A stretch of 63,346 nucleotides of DNA, filler included, from Asterionella formosa (GCA_002256025.1; 18 parts of 18 records of this genome joined end to end with filler, not necessarily neighbours in it), one strand, 5' to 3'. Shown: positions 50,201 to 61,886, numbered from the whole stretch's first letter. Numbers and translations: made by a program. The notes: generated by a model not told the origin, from the sequence alone.

Positions 50201-51692
50201 ATTCAAAAGTACTGACTTCAACGTGGGCAATGAAGAAGAAATCAAGCGGAAAATTTCAAGCTAGGCTGAATGCAAGAGGATTTGAACAAGTAGATGGTAT
50301 TCATTGTGACAAGAATACAAAATCAGCTCCAGTCACAAATGAAATTACAATTGGAATTGTATTCATTTTGATGGTAATGGGAAAGCTGTATGCTGAATTA
50401 TTGGATGTTCACGGTGCATTTCTCAAAGGAGAATTTGCTAATGGAGAATCAATTTATATGGAGGTACCTCAAGGTCTTGAGAGGCATTATAAAAGTAATG
50501 ATGTATTGTTGTTGAAGCAAACCATCTATGGGTTAGTTCAGGCAGCATATGCATTCTGGAGGGAACTTGTGAAAGCATTTTATGATATGGGATTTATAAG
50601 GAGCAAAGCAGATCCATGTTTATACTTTGCATGGACTACTAATGGATTAATTATGTGGTTATATTGTGTTGATGATTGCTTGGTGGTTGGTATGAAAGAG
50701 GAAGTTTTAAAGGCTAAGAAGAAAATGATGAGAAGATTTGATTGTGATGAAGTTGGACCATTGAAGGAATATATTGGATGCAAAGTGGATTACAATCCTG
50801 ATGAGGGCTATGTGCAACTGACTTAACCAGTGTTGTTGCAAAGCTTTGCTGATGAGTTTGAGTTACCCAAAGGTGACAATCCAATTACTCCCGCGGTGCC
50901 AGGTGATGTTTTGAGGAAAGGAAAATCGACCGAAATGTTGTCTGTCAAAGAAATGACAAAATATAGGTCTGGTGTGGGAAAATTGTTGCATTTGATGAAA
51001 TGGTCTAGACCAGAGATCATGAATTGCGTTAGAGAGTTGTCATGTTTTATGATGGAAGCATTAGGTGCACATATTCAAGCAATGAATAGAGTCATGAAAT
51101 ATTGCATTGGAACTCCTGATCGTGGTTTAAAGTTAAAACCAAGTGGTAGATGGAATGGTGATCCAAATTATTAGTTCGTAATTTCAAACATGTCGGATTC
51201 AGATTATGCCAAGGATCCGGATAGGAGACAAAGTGTTAGCGGATATGCTACATTATTGAATGGGACACCAACATCTATGAAAAGTAAACTGCAATCGTGT
51301 GTTACATTGTCTGTGACAGAAACAGAATTGGTTGCAGGCACGCAATGTGCGCAGGATATGCTGTATGCATGTCATGAGGGTTCTAGAGTCAATGGGACTC
51401 AAGGTGAAGAAACCAATGAGACTAAGAATTGATAATGAAGGTGCAGTCGATCTAACAAACAATTGGAGTGTTGGAGGTCAAACTTGTCATGTGGATGTGC
51501 GATATTACTTTTTACGTGAATTGAAGGAAGAGAATGTCATAATCTCTGAATGGATTGGTACAGAAAACAATCATAGTGATTTATTCACCAAAAATTTGGC
51601 AAGAAATTTATTTGAAAAACATACTGCAAAAGGTTCTGTGGTAATGATAAGTATATGAAGAGCCATGAAGATAGAGACTCTCAAGGGGAGGG

Positions 51693-51945
51693 TGTTGGAG
51701 GTTATAAAGACTCTGGGTGACGTTGAAAGTCTGATGAGTCAAGTCGTGAAATGTTTCATGGGACTGACAGTGGGATCAAAATGAGTTGGAGTGGAAGTCT
51801 TGAATTGTATTTGGTAAGATTGAATTTGACAGGATTAAGTTTGGCAGGACCAGTTGGCAAGATTAATAGTTTAGATACAATTACAATTAGTTCACAATCT
51901 GAGAAACCTTGACTTGAGTAAGGTAGTCTTTGGAGCCCTTCAACA
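51693..51945 (+). repeat. 3' LTR
   Basis: Follows the PPT at 51683-51692; followed by TSD TCCTT. Confidence 0.97.
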
Positions 51946-51992
51946 TCCTTGTCAGCATCGAAATGCGATGCTAATCATGGCTTGTGACCATA

Positions 51993-52607
51993 CTACTCCA
52001 AGAAAGGACGATGCTTTGATGCAATCCCGATGTTCCTCTTGGAAAAATCCTGTATCTCTCCCTCTCCGTTGAAATCTTTGTCAGGGAGTATGGAATACTT
52101 TGTTGGGAGACGACTCGGAAAAGTGTTTTTAGCAACGTTTGGGCGGTGTTTGGTTGATACATCGCTCGCACTCGCGATGTCTTCGTCACAGGCAGCACCA
52201 TCAAGCACCACCAGGTTGGATATCTTTTTGAAGAGGCGAGTGGCGAAGTGGAGGATGCATGCATTGAAAATTGACTTGGTAGCTGGTAGGCGATTGCCAC
52301 GGCACAACAAATAGAATTGTCTACAAGGAATGATGCTGTTGGACGGGTTGGTGTAAAAATTTCCGAGGGAGGCCAGGGAAGGATTGCTTGACGATACCTG
52401 GATCGGGAATTTCTCGTGCACATGTGTGCTCGCAGTCATGATGAGACCATCTCGGGCTTGTTTTGCCTTGAGCAAAATATCTAATGTATGCACATACCGG
52501 GATCTTTCTCCTAACGAAATGTGCTCCATATTGTATACTGTGGATTCGGACGTATGCCGAACTGGTCGTCGCCCGAGGACGCGCATGGTTTCTGTCATGA
52601 GCAACAA
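51993..52607 (-). CDS. Hypothetical ORF (204 aa), possibly a degraded gene
   Basis: ORF only; no recognised motif. Confidence 0.3.
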   Translation of the reverse strand: MLLMTETMRVLGRRPVRHTSESTVYNMEHISLGERSRYVHTLDILLKAKQARDGLIMTASTHVHEKFPIQVSSSNPSLASLGNFYTNPSNSIIPCRQFYLLCRGNRLPATKSIFNACILHFATRLFKKISNLVVLDGAACDEDIASASDVSTKHRPNVAKNTFPSRLPTKYSILPDKDFNGEGEIQDFSKRNIGIASKHRPFLE

Positions 52608-52625
52608 TGAGGCCTAATGCACCTA

Positions 52626-52719
52626 CCGGTAGTTGCGGTCATTTTGCTTAAACTAACATTTTCACCTAGGATAAAGAAAACTAAATCATTAGTTACAGCA
52701 AAATGACCGCAACTTCCTG
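52626..52719. mobile_element. MITE family C, copy 3
   Basis: Perfect 18-bp inverted repeat AGTTGCGGTCATTTTGCT / AGCAAAATGACCGCAACT; left flank TA. Confidence 0.85.
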
Positions 52720-52727
52720 TGAGGGTA

Positions 52728-52938
52728 TGGTACCTGGTACCCTCTGACGTTGCGTACGCGGTACAAGTGTCCCTGGTACTACGACCCTGATATTTGGTAC
52801 CAGGTACCAGGGTATGTAACTCAAGAGCATATCGGTAAATACAGGTACCTGGTACCGTACCAGGTCCTACCTGTACCATCGGGTACTTGTACCTGGGCCC
52901 TGGGACTACCTGGTACCAGGTACCAGGTACCAGGTACC
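52728..52938. repeat. Dense TACCWGG / TAC..GTA array
   Basis: For example TACCTGGTACCAGGTACCAGGTACCAGGTACC. Confidence 0.9.
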
Positions 52939-53835
52939 ACATGAGCCTGTCACAACATGCAGAATTTCCAATTTGGAGGTCAAGACGGGATTTAGTGCTC
53001 ATTGATGGTCCAGACAGCACACTTGCTACACTTACCGGTAATCCACTTCTGAATTTAAATTGCATACTAGTTCTGCCGCTATTCTGAAGGAACAGCACAA
53101 AATGAATTTCAGGACATCATAACAGGGGCAAGTATGTGAAGCATGTGCCTTACCGCCTGCAAAAGCTCATTTGTCTGAGGGCAAGTGGCACACCATGGAC
53201 CGTATAATTGTAAACGGCAGAGGACAGACCAATCGCTTCGGTACAAGCATTTCCCGAAAACAACAACGTTGTACATGCCATGTGATTTAGGTCAGCATGG
53301 TTGATCACAATCACATGTGATGTATCTCATCCATTCCTCACCAGTAATGCTCACCAGGTAAAAAGAAAAGAAAACGGGATTTTATATTTATTTACATTGA
53401 AAACAACGACTGCATTGACTGAGTGCATTGACTGAATAGCCTTGGTTCCAATACCCATAATTAATACTCCAACCGGTACTGGGAATCGCGTGCATACCGT
53501 TATACGTGTTGTCGCTCTATCAAAAAAAGGAATTAAATCGATGTCAGTTTCGCAAACCAATTTTTGCATCACATATTTGTACGACCGTTCCATTCTACTT
53601 TTCTCTTGAACAAATGTCTCGCACAAAGTCGATTTTGTTGTTTACTCCCCATATCAATTTCAGAGTAAGTAATGGTTCCGCTCTCAAATTTTGTTTGTCG
53701 CCATTTGACGTTGCGAAGGAATCTACAACTTGGACTTGGAAGTGAACACAGAGGCCCTTATTTGTTGTGATGCCATTCACATTTTGTATATATAGTATTC
53801 AAGCGCCATGATGTCACACTATCACAATTCCTTTC

Positions 53836-55062
53836 ATGAAAACTTTTAAATCTGACCGTATACTCCTCCCCTGTTCAGATATACATACAAAGCCTAGGAT
53901 GCGTATAGCCAACATCATAAAGCGGTTCAATTACTTTTCTTCGCGATCCAGGAAACGGGAGGAGGCTCTCCACCAAGAACTGATTGATTTGACTGGTGCG
54001 TCATCAGATACGAAGTCTGCCAATGAGGACAATCCGGTTTATATTTCACCTCAGGATATTGATACCTTGAATCGTACTGGAGAGCAAGTTGTCATGCTCA
54101 GGCGAGAAAATCGTGAAATGGAACTCCTGAAATTTTTTTACCCAACTATCCAAGACGAGGCCGACTTTATAAAATATGATTATGCTACGTGTGTGATGGA
54201 CCTTAAGGAAGTGGAAGATCGTTTCCGAACTTTGGATCCAGAATACTACGATTATCACTTCTCCCGGTTTATGCTTGGAACTACTCGTGGAATCATTGAA
54301 CATTGCGACGAGCTTCATGCACGACGAACGATTGAATTTTCTCATTTGGAACACTTTGCCCATACATCGAATATTCTTAAAGCCAGTTTGAAAGATCGAA
54401 AGAATCATTTGAGCAAGGAGCTTACAGAAAAGGAGCTTGTTGTTTCCTTGTTGACCATTTCCATCAAGAATGCTCGTAACAGGGTCGGCGAGGGTTTTGT
54501 ATCCATCTCTGAAAAGCAAAGCGAGAAATGCGACCCACAGTTTTTCACTGCTCATGTCAAAGCTAGTGCTAACGCGATTAACGATGCCGGAGAAAGCTGT
54601 TATCCCACACATGCCCATTTTTTGAAGGTTAAGAATGAGAAATCCGCAATTTTAAGGTTTGAACAAGAACGTAACACTGAACTTCGGAAAGTAAACTGGA
54701 AGGCTGAGATCGAGAAAACCAAAATCTACATTGCTCTGACAGAGAATCACATTGATGAGGCGCTTGCCTTTCAGGACGCTCTTCAAAAAGTTGAAGAGCA
54801 CGTCTTTCGAGTGGGCAATCTTAGGAAAGCCCTGCCCTACGCAATGGAGCTGATTGATCACTTGGGTGAACGAGCCATTCATTATGCATCTGTAGAACTT
54901 GAGAGTATTCAATCCATGAAGGCTCGCCAGGCGGCTCAGTTTCAGTTCCTGTTTTCGGAGTGGGAATTGCTCGGGGAGCCTTCTCGTCGCCTAGAGGTAC
55001 TTGAAAGGGCCATTGCTAACATGAATGAAGAGTTGATGCTCCTTGTCGCTAAGACAAAGTGA
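53836..55062 (+). CDS. Hypothetical helical/coiled-coil protein (408 aa)
   Basis: Long intact intronless ORF, E/K/L-rich. Confidence 0.75.
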   Translation: MKTFKSDRILLPCSDIHTKPRMRIANIIKRFNYFSSRSRKREEALHQELIDLTGASSDTKSANEDNPVYISPQDIDTLNRTGEQVVMLRRENREMELLKFFYPTIQDEADFIKYDYATCVMDLKEVEDRFRTLDPEYYDYHFSRFMLGTTRGIIEHCDELHARRTIEFSHLEHFAHTSNILKASLKDRKNHLSKELTEKELVVSLLTISIKNARNRVGEGFVSISEKQSEKCDPQFFTAHVKASANAINDAGESCYPTHAHFLKVKNEKSAILRFEQERNTELRKVNWKAEIEKTKIYIALTENHIDEALAFQDALQKVEEHVFRVGNLRKALPYAMELIDHLGERAIHYASVELESIQSMKARQAAQFQFLFSEWELLGEPSRRLEVLERAIANMNEELMLLVAKTK

Positions 55063-55247
55063 ACTCGCTTTAATCTCTCAATTAAATACCTCGATCAACT
55101 GGGGGGGACAGAGATTGCGAGTTTCTTCGTATACCGGTAACTTATTTCCTTTAATCTCTATCATAGAATTACTTTTCACCAAAACGTGGTCACCTTGTCA
55201 TAAAAACTTACAGGTCAAACCTTCCTATTCAGTTAACAGTACGGCCT

Positions 55248-56837
55248 TTATGAAACCATGCCCAGCAAATATTTTCCAATGTTCGCACTCGCTATAAGCG
55301 ACGGCTTGTCGATGAAATGCTCAAATGTTACAGCAATCCCCAACATGACCGGAAAAGTGAGAACAAAAGCCACACACGAAGCAACCGACATGGATAATGG
55401 ACCTTGAAGGAACAAAAATATATTTGTCGAAAGGGTGTAAATTATTGGAATATGTGTCAGGTAAAGTGAAAAAGAGATCTGTCCAAACCAGCGGCATATA
55501 GGAGACGAAAGGAACTTCCTGATGCGTGGAGTTGAGACCACGAGTTGAACCAAACAGACGGCACCAATAATGTAGTACAGAATAAAGGACGCAAACCCTA
55601 ATCCGAAATTTCCCGCCAAAGATTTCATGACTCTCCACACGGGGTTTGCAGTCATCCAAAAGCCCATTAATGGATAGGTGGCACATATGTATGTAACCAA
55701 TACAAGAAGACCTGTCTGCCAATTTTTCAGTGATTTAGGCCCTCCTAGACGCAAATTATGTTCCGTGATCCAGACGCCTGCAACAAAAGTAGCATACCAT
55801 ATAAACGGATTTGTGGTTTCCCACTCTTTCGTTCTGACAAGTTCCATTCGATCATAGGAGTTTGTTGCATGTGAATGGAATAACTCGCTGATAAGACCAT
55901 CGTTATTCAACTTTTTCTTTTTCTTCAAGGGATCTTCTTCAGGGTCTTTATCGTACCACTTATCAGGAGCAGTATCCTTCATCGAAAGGCTGAGAGTACC
56001 CAGGGTCTGCAACAGGTTTGCGTGATAGTAGGGGTTAATCAATACTTCCGCAGTGTCACCATTACGTTGCCACTCCAGTTCAATGTTTACATTTGACTTC
56101 ATGGTGGCACTTGGAACAAGTAGACATATAAACAATCCAGCCAGGAATCGTTTCGATACTGTCGGGGTACAACCCTTTAAGACAGCCACAAGGCCAAAAA
56201 CGACAAAGGATCCAAAGAGTTCGATCGACATTGTCCAAAATGAATTGTTTAATGTGCTCCCATTGTGCCATATTCCAAAGATTATTTGATTGAATAACGC
56301 CGCTGGAGCAGGCCTTTCCGATGACATCTCAATCAGCCACTTCGATCCTGTAAGTGCTCCCGCCTCCTGGGGTGCCATAGTACCTCCCAGCACATACGCA
56401 AAGATAGAGGCTGCAGCACATGGAAGTAAGAGTCTAAAATATCGCTTGACAACAGTCAGTCTCCATCGATTGTCTTCAGCCATGGCAAGCCCGTTGGACA
56501 ACACAGTCCCACTCATGACAAAAAATACGGCAACAGAAAATGTCCCATTAACGAGGGGAGCTAGAAAGACAAATGTAGTTGCTCCAATGCAAATATTTGG
56601 ATCGGTCAGCCATTTAGCACTTGCACCAAAGACTCCACATGGGTCAAAACCACATCGGAAGTGGTGAACTACCACAATGAGACAAAGAATACCACGAAGG
56701 CCATCAAGGTACTCGAGGCGAATTTTTGTTGGTGGTGTCACTCGACGTTCATCGTGTTCCTGTTCATTGTAAGGTTCGTTGGAAGGGACCAGGGAATCCA
56801 TAGATGTCTCTATTTCGACCTTGATGTCGTCACTCAT
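55248..56837 (-). CDS. Acyltransferase family 3 (OafA-like) membrane protein, 529 aa
   Basis: RLEYLDGLRG..C..VV.HH, VAVFFVMSG, KRYFRL, WTMSIE..GS, GQISFSLYLTH, FID.PS; about 10 TM segments. Confidence 0.93.
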   Translation of the reverse strand: MSDDIKVEIETSMDSLVPSNEPYNEQEHDERRVTPPTKIRLEYLDGLRGILCLIVVVHHFRCGFDPCGVFGASAKWLTDPNICIGATTFVFLAPLVNGTFSVAVFFVMSGTVLSNGLAMAEDNRWRLTVVKRYFRLLLPCAAASIFAYVLGGTMAPQEAGALTGSKWLIEMSSERPAPAALFNQIIFGIWHNGSTLNNSFWTMSIELFGSFVVFGLVAVLKGCTPTVSKRFLAGLFICLLVPSATMKSNVNIELEWQRNGDTAEVLINPYYHANLLQTLGTLSLSMKDTAPDKWYDKDPEEDPLKKKKKLNNDGLISELFHSHATNSYDRMELVRTKEWETTNPFIWYATFVAGVWITEHNLRLGGPKSLKNWQTGLLVLVTYICATYPLMGFWMTANPVWRVMKSLAGNFGLGFASFILYYIIGAVCLVQLVVSTPRIRKFLSSPICRWFGQISFSLYLTHIPIIYTLSTNIFLFLQGPLSMSVASCVAFVLTFPVMLGIAVTFEHFIDKPSLIASANIGKYLLGMVS

Positions 56838-57302
56838 CTTGATAGGGGTTTGTACCGGTAGTCAAAAATATAATGATAGTTTCAAAATAATGGTGCAGAA
56901 CAATGAGAAGTATAAATAAAGGATCAAATCACCTGGTACCTGGTACCAGGTACCCCCGGTAATTACGACAGTTCATGTGTAAAAACATACAGGCAGACTT
57001 CCGGTAGTCAATATGAACGTCTCTCGAAGATACTTTCTTACTCCTCGGATCGAGTAAAGAAATATATAATCAGATAAATCATATGAAGTTTTCAGGCGGC
57101 TACCAGGTAGTTGTTTGTCAGGAATCGAAAGAGCTCGTCAAAAAAATTGATTGTGGTGTATCGTGTCACAGACCTCGTCAGGCTCGTTTTGGCGCTTGCT
57201 GGTTTCGTCCGATGTCCTCCTACGGAGTAACAATTCTGCTTCACCACGCTTTATTCGTTTGCAAAAAGTCATGCGAGGTCGATCTATTGATCCGAATCCA
57301 TG

Positions 57303-57431
57303 TAGGACCATAATACAAGTGCGCACGCATCTAAATACACCGGTATATGTATTGAGTTTCATCAATTTAGGACATAATACAAGTGCACATGCATCTAAAT
57401 ACAACGGTATATGTATTGAGTTTCATCAGTT
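57303..57431 (+). repeat. About 65-bp tandem duplication
   Basis: CATAATACAAGTGC.CA.GCATCTAAATACA.CGGTATATGTATTGAGTTTCATCA twice. Confidence 0.9.
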
Positions 57432-58649
57432 CATTTCTACGGAACAAAGTGCACGCACGTGCTACAAGCTAAGCAGGATAGAAACAGTGGACACTACTAC
57501 TCTGGGAGCTCGAAGAGAATGCGATACAAGGGATACCTGTGCAGTACACCATAGGAGGTGGTGCAGACTCAGCAGATGGTGGGAACACATCCATCTGACA
57601 GAATTGTGCATCTAAATAAGATGATTGAAATGACTATTTCAGTGTTTAGTCGTATTAATCGATCGAACACAGAGAAATAGAGGTTCAAAGCAGTTTTTAG
57701 ATGGTAATATACCACAATGTACATACATGCACCATAATTCTTCGTTTTTCTGAAGAGCGGTTCGGACTGGTGTTGTTGATTGTTGATCCTTGTCCAGAGC
57801 CATTGTTGGAAGAGCACTTGTTGATCAAGCCAGTTGCTGACGGTTAGCAATGGAGCAGAGAAGAAAAAAATTCCAAGGCATTAAGGGAATGGCTTAGTAG
57901 TTTAGCATGTTGTCTTTGATCTGAGGTTGTGAGGTTTGACTCCTGCAATTTTTTTGAGAAGCAATTGTTGGGTTTGACTCCCACACTCCTTACCGTCCCA
58001 CACAGTCTTGCCTGGTGTGCAAGAAATAGTGGGTTGCCCCCCTTCATGCAGTTTGTGCTGCCTTCCTAGGCAGTTGGAGTTTCCCCTAATGCTGTGGCTA
58101 AGATAATCACCTTTTGTGAAAGGTGGTTGGGGACTCACCTATGCTAACAAAACAAACAAGGGAAGCACAGGTCTTGTTGGCAAGTAGCACAATGAAATAC
58201 ATGCCTAGAAATAGGGGAGTACGAATTGACTATAAAACATACCATCCTTTTCCAGCCAAAGTGATGAAAACAACCCATAATGAATGGATGTATCTCAATT
58301 AGGATATAAATATCCACATACTAGTATCATCATACGTGACAATTAGTGTTACCAGAGGAAGGTCCGGTAATCGACATATTTAGCTTAATCTTTTCCTAAG
58401 TTAAAAAGTGTTTTACTGGGCCTTCCCAGGGTCAAGTATCTAACTAGAAGTACTAGCTGGTACCAAGTAGTACTTTCCTGAATATATGAACTTTTTAGTT
58501 AATCCTTGTGTGCAACTCGTTCTCCAAGGTTGACACCAAAGTATTCAATAGGTGTATGTCGAGTTCTCTCCTGCTGGAGTTCTGATATAATCTACGTAAC
58601 CCTAACCCTTTAGGTGCATATATAATTGCTTGGGATTGCTCGCCAGGTA

Positions 58650-59351
58650 CCAGTTAAAAAGTGTAAGCCACCATTTTTTTCTCCATCTTCTGACTGAAAA
58701 TATTCAAGTAATATAGCGATCGAAACCTGATGCAAGTACTTAGTGTTTTTTAGACGATGCATTCTACTTCAATGAATAAGTAATCAGTTTTTATTCAGTG
58801 TATTGAGCCACGAAGATCTAACTTTTTCAAAATCATTAAGATTATTGCATAGCGGTGGCTTACAGTGTGTATTTTTCTATCTGTATATGAATATATATCT
58901 CACCCAAACCGTGATTTTTTACTCTGTTTATACTACAGAATTTCTTTTCGAAAAACTTAACTTGTTATCCGCGATACAATATGCTTTTTTCTCATGCATA
59001 ATTACCGAATAGTGTGTTCGAAAGCACAATGACATTGTACCCCCATATTATACTAAATTAATTCTATTGGAAGAACATTGTGGACAAGAATTTATTATTT
59101 TTGTCCCTCTTTATAAAAAAGGTGATGCCATCTCAATAGCAGAGTAAATGTGAAAAAATCCATTTTTCTCAATTTTGCGTCGACAGCAACCTTTGGGCCT
59201 AATAAATTATTAAGAACTTACACAAGTACGTAAGTATTACTCGCTGTATAAATCTGAACAACTCCTTTGTCATAATAATTAACGTATCTTGTAAACTAAG
59301 TTCAAACCGTGTGTTTACACCATTTAGCGGTGCCTTACAGGCTTTTACTAA
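58650..59351. mobile_element. Family D non-autonomous element (about 700 bp)
   Basis: TA|CCAGTTAAAAAGTGTAAGCCACC left end, GCGGTGCCTTACAGGCTTTTACTAA|TA right end, internal GCGGTGGCTTACAG; homology to 16686-16945. Confidence 0.65.
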
Positions 59352-59403
59352 TACCTAATCATATAACTATTATATCATACCTGGTACCACCATAGCTATG
59401 CAT

Positions 59404-59587
59404 GCTGGAGAATCCTTCATCATGTCGTTGCAGCCTTGACCATGACGAAAATAGTGGTTATCTCCACAAGCATTAAGAACGACGCTCTCCTATTTTGCAC
59501 ATCCATCAAGCGAGACATAGACAGTACAATCATAAAAGAATTATTTTAACATGACCAACGTTGACAACGAAAATTGAAGTCGCCGAT
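59404..59587 (+). repeat. Family A, copy 2 (internal fragment)
   Basis: Colinear with 2944-3127. Confidence 0.85.
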
Positions 59588-60381
59588 AAGATTATTAATT
59601 TATTAATTTGATTGATTGATGGACTTGAATGCTTGACCTGTTTTCGTATGATCTATTCCTGAATCTGAATTTCCTCCAGAAACCGGAATGAACAAACTCC
59701 AAGCAGCTTGCTGCTGCTTTTCGCCCTTTTAACAGCATTCTCACTATAATCATCTAGCTCAATGATGAATTGAGAGCAAACTTGTTGACATACTTGTCTC
59801 TTGATTTCTTCAAAGCTGTAATGTGCACATTTCCGTCCCATCAAGAATCAGAACAGCCTTGATCCCTGCCTGATCAACTCCATCAACTGGGACCATTGAA
59901 GCCTTGTTGAATCTGACAAAAACATTGGGCTTCATTATTGTCCCACAGCAGGCATGCTGTTTACCGCTTGATTCTTCCATTGGTAGAACCTCTGAGGCCT
60001 AAGATTTCGCTGTCACACATCCGCAATTCTCATGTTGCTGCATGTATATGTGACAACTCTTCACTATTACCATTATAAAAAAAGTTTCATATCAAGAAAT
60101 TGAATGCCTAAATGTGGTGTTATTTTTTCGGCACACATTAGAAATTTGGGAGTGTTGCATCTGATGTACCAAGTGGGGGTACCAGGTACACAACTATTGG
60201 GGACATGCATCGTGACATTCTTGTGTTTTATGGGAGGAGGTTTATTTAGTTCTCTAGCACCTTTTAAACACATACGCAATATATCCTGACTCGAAGATGA
60301 GAATAATTGGGTTTGTGCTTGCTGCATTCTAAGTAGTCAACACAGAATCCTACGTTTAGGTAACTTTGGAAATAAAAAAAA

Positions 60382-60553
60382 ACGTAGCAATAGCTACAGT
60401 TTCACAGTAGCCACATCATGTTCCGACCGGGTATTGAAACAAGAGGAAGAAGGGAATGCTGGTAGGGCAAACCTACAGTCTCACAGTATTAACGTAGCAA
60501 TAGGTACAGTTTCACAGTAGCCACATCATGTTCCGACCGGGTATTGAAACAAG
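60382..60553 (+). repeat. 62-bp direct repeat with 110-bp period
   Basis: ACGTAGCAATAG.TACAGTTTCACAGTAGCCACATCATGTTCCGACCGGGTATTGAAACAAG twice. Confidence 0.9.
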
Positions 60554-60664
60554 GGGATGATAGGAAAGCGGAAATTTTATTCACAGATGTTGGTGCCCAG
60601 TAATCTAATTTAGTTCATGCTCATACTAATTTTCTTTTAGTTTCTAAATAGATAATTGTATGGT

Positions 60665-61374
60665 TTAGGGATGATCATTTACATTACGACGTGATGGCCA
60701 AACAATCTTGTTTTGTTTCCATAAAATATCAAAATGTTCAATGAGTTTACTCTTGAAGAACTGTAAACTTAAATGCCGAACCACTCGAACTGTATCAACA
60801 TTCTTTGTTAGCACTTCAATATTGAAGTTATCATTTGGATCTGGCACTAAATTGCGAATTGCATCAGGAATTTGTCCATCACCATCATTACCAGGACCCA
60901 TTCCAGAGGTATCAATTGTTCGCAAACTGGCTAATCCAAGTACTGCCGGTCTTGCAACTGTATTTAGCCTTTGAATAGCAAAAGGTGCTTCAGCACCATT
61001 TAATTGGCCTAATGGTCCTTCCCAGTCACTTAAAACACCATTTTGCCATTGCAGGTCTAAGCCATCAATATCAAGTAACATGTTATGAAATGCACAACAT
61101 GTTAGCCAGACTTTGTCAGGTTCTGTTACTCCATGTATTCGGATGCCTGATTTTAAAATCCGCCAGCGTCCCTTTAGTATTCCAAAGGTACATTCCACAT
61201 CTTTTCTAAGTGACTCCAGCCATTCAGACCATCTAAGTTCTTGTTCCGTTTCTGGGTTTTTGGTTGGAGGCACTGTTGTAGACCATTTTAGATATCCATT
61301 GTCAACTATCAAAAAGCATCCACTATACTTTATGGATACAACTGCTCCATTCCGATCTTTTTCTTTAAGCTCAA
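60665..61374 (-). mobile_element. PIF/Harbinger transposase, C-terminal half, intact frame
   Basis: IVDNGY, WLESLRKDVECTFGILKGRWRILK, TCCAFHNML. Confidence 0.93.
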
Positions 61375-61474
61375 NNNNNNNNNNNNNNNNNNNNNNNNNN
61401 NNNNNNNNNNNNNNNNNNTTAATTAATTAANNNNNNNNNNNNNNNNNNNNNNNNNNNNNNNNNNNNNNNNNNNN

Positions 61475-61885
61475 GATTGATGTATGTTCCTAACAGGAGA
61501 GCGTCGTTCTCAATTTTCGTAGAGATTTCCGCTATTTTCGTCATGGTCAAGGTTGAGACGACATGATGCAGGATGCTCCAGATGATCACAACAACTACAC
61601 TGTAGGATTTTGTATAGTCAAAAGAATCGCAGTATCTCAGCTAAACAATAATTTACCTTGTAGCGATTGCGAGGGCTACCCTCCATTACCTGGTACCAGG
61701 TAACAGGTACTCCTACCTGATACCTGGCAAGGTACCAGGTACCAGCAGCCTTACTTTCTTCCTCATGTACCTTTTTAATCCTGGTATCATGTGCCTGGTA
61801 CCAGGTACCAGGTACCTGGTTGTTGAATGGTGGTAAAATTGGAGGTCCTCATGGTACACTCGTACAAGACTGCAGACTGCGCCAG
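61475..61885 (-). repeat. Family A, copy 3
   Basis: Reverse-complement match to 2683-3050, including the CTGGCGC terminus. Confidence 0.85.
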
Positions 61886-61886
61886 T

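Larger units (their letters stand above)
46979..51945 (+). mobile_element. Full-length Ty1/Copia element, pseudogenised
   Basis: Two 253-bp LTRs, TSD TCCTT on both sides, gag from 47308 with two CCHC knuckles, protease WIADTAAT, integrase, RT, RNase H, PPT AAGGGGAGGG; several stops and frameshifts. Confidence 0.98.

Noticed and set aside
47380..51173. In-frame stops in the full-length Copia as readthrough or an alternative genetic code
   Set aside because: Mixed TAA, TAG and TGA stops plus frameshifts and diverged LTRs indicate decay; host genes use the standard code
52595..53098. ORFs rich in YQVPGT/WYLVP peptides (also at 2667, 5088, 16601, 34253)
   Set aside because: They are translations of the GGTACC arrays, not plausible proteins
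54046..54618. Antisense ORFs over long genes (also 8418-8795, 14498-14860, 48374-48925)
   Set aside because: Shadow frames of real coding sequence with no independent motifs
58597..58608. TAACCCTAACCC telomere-like repeat
   Set aside because: Only two units; compatible with chance
31621..61374. Large contig among small ones as a genomic island or insertion
   Set aside because: It shares repeat families A, C and D with the small contigs; its position is most simply explained by contig ordering
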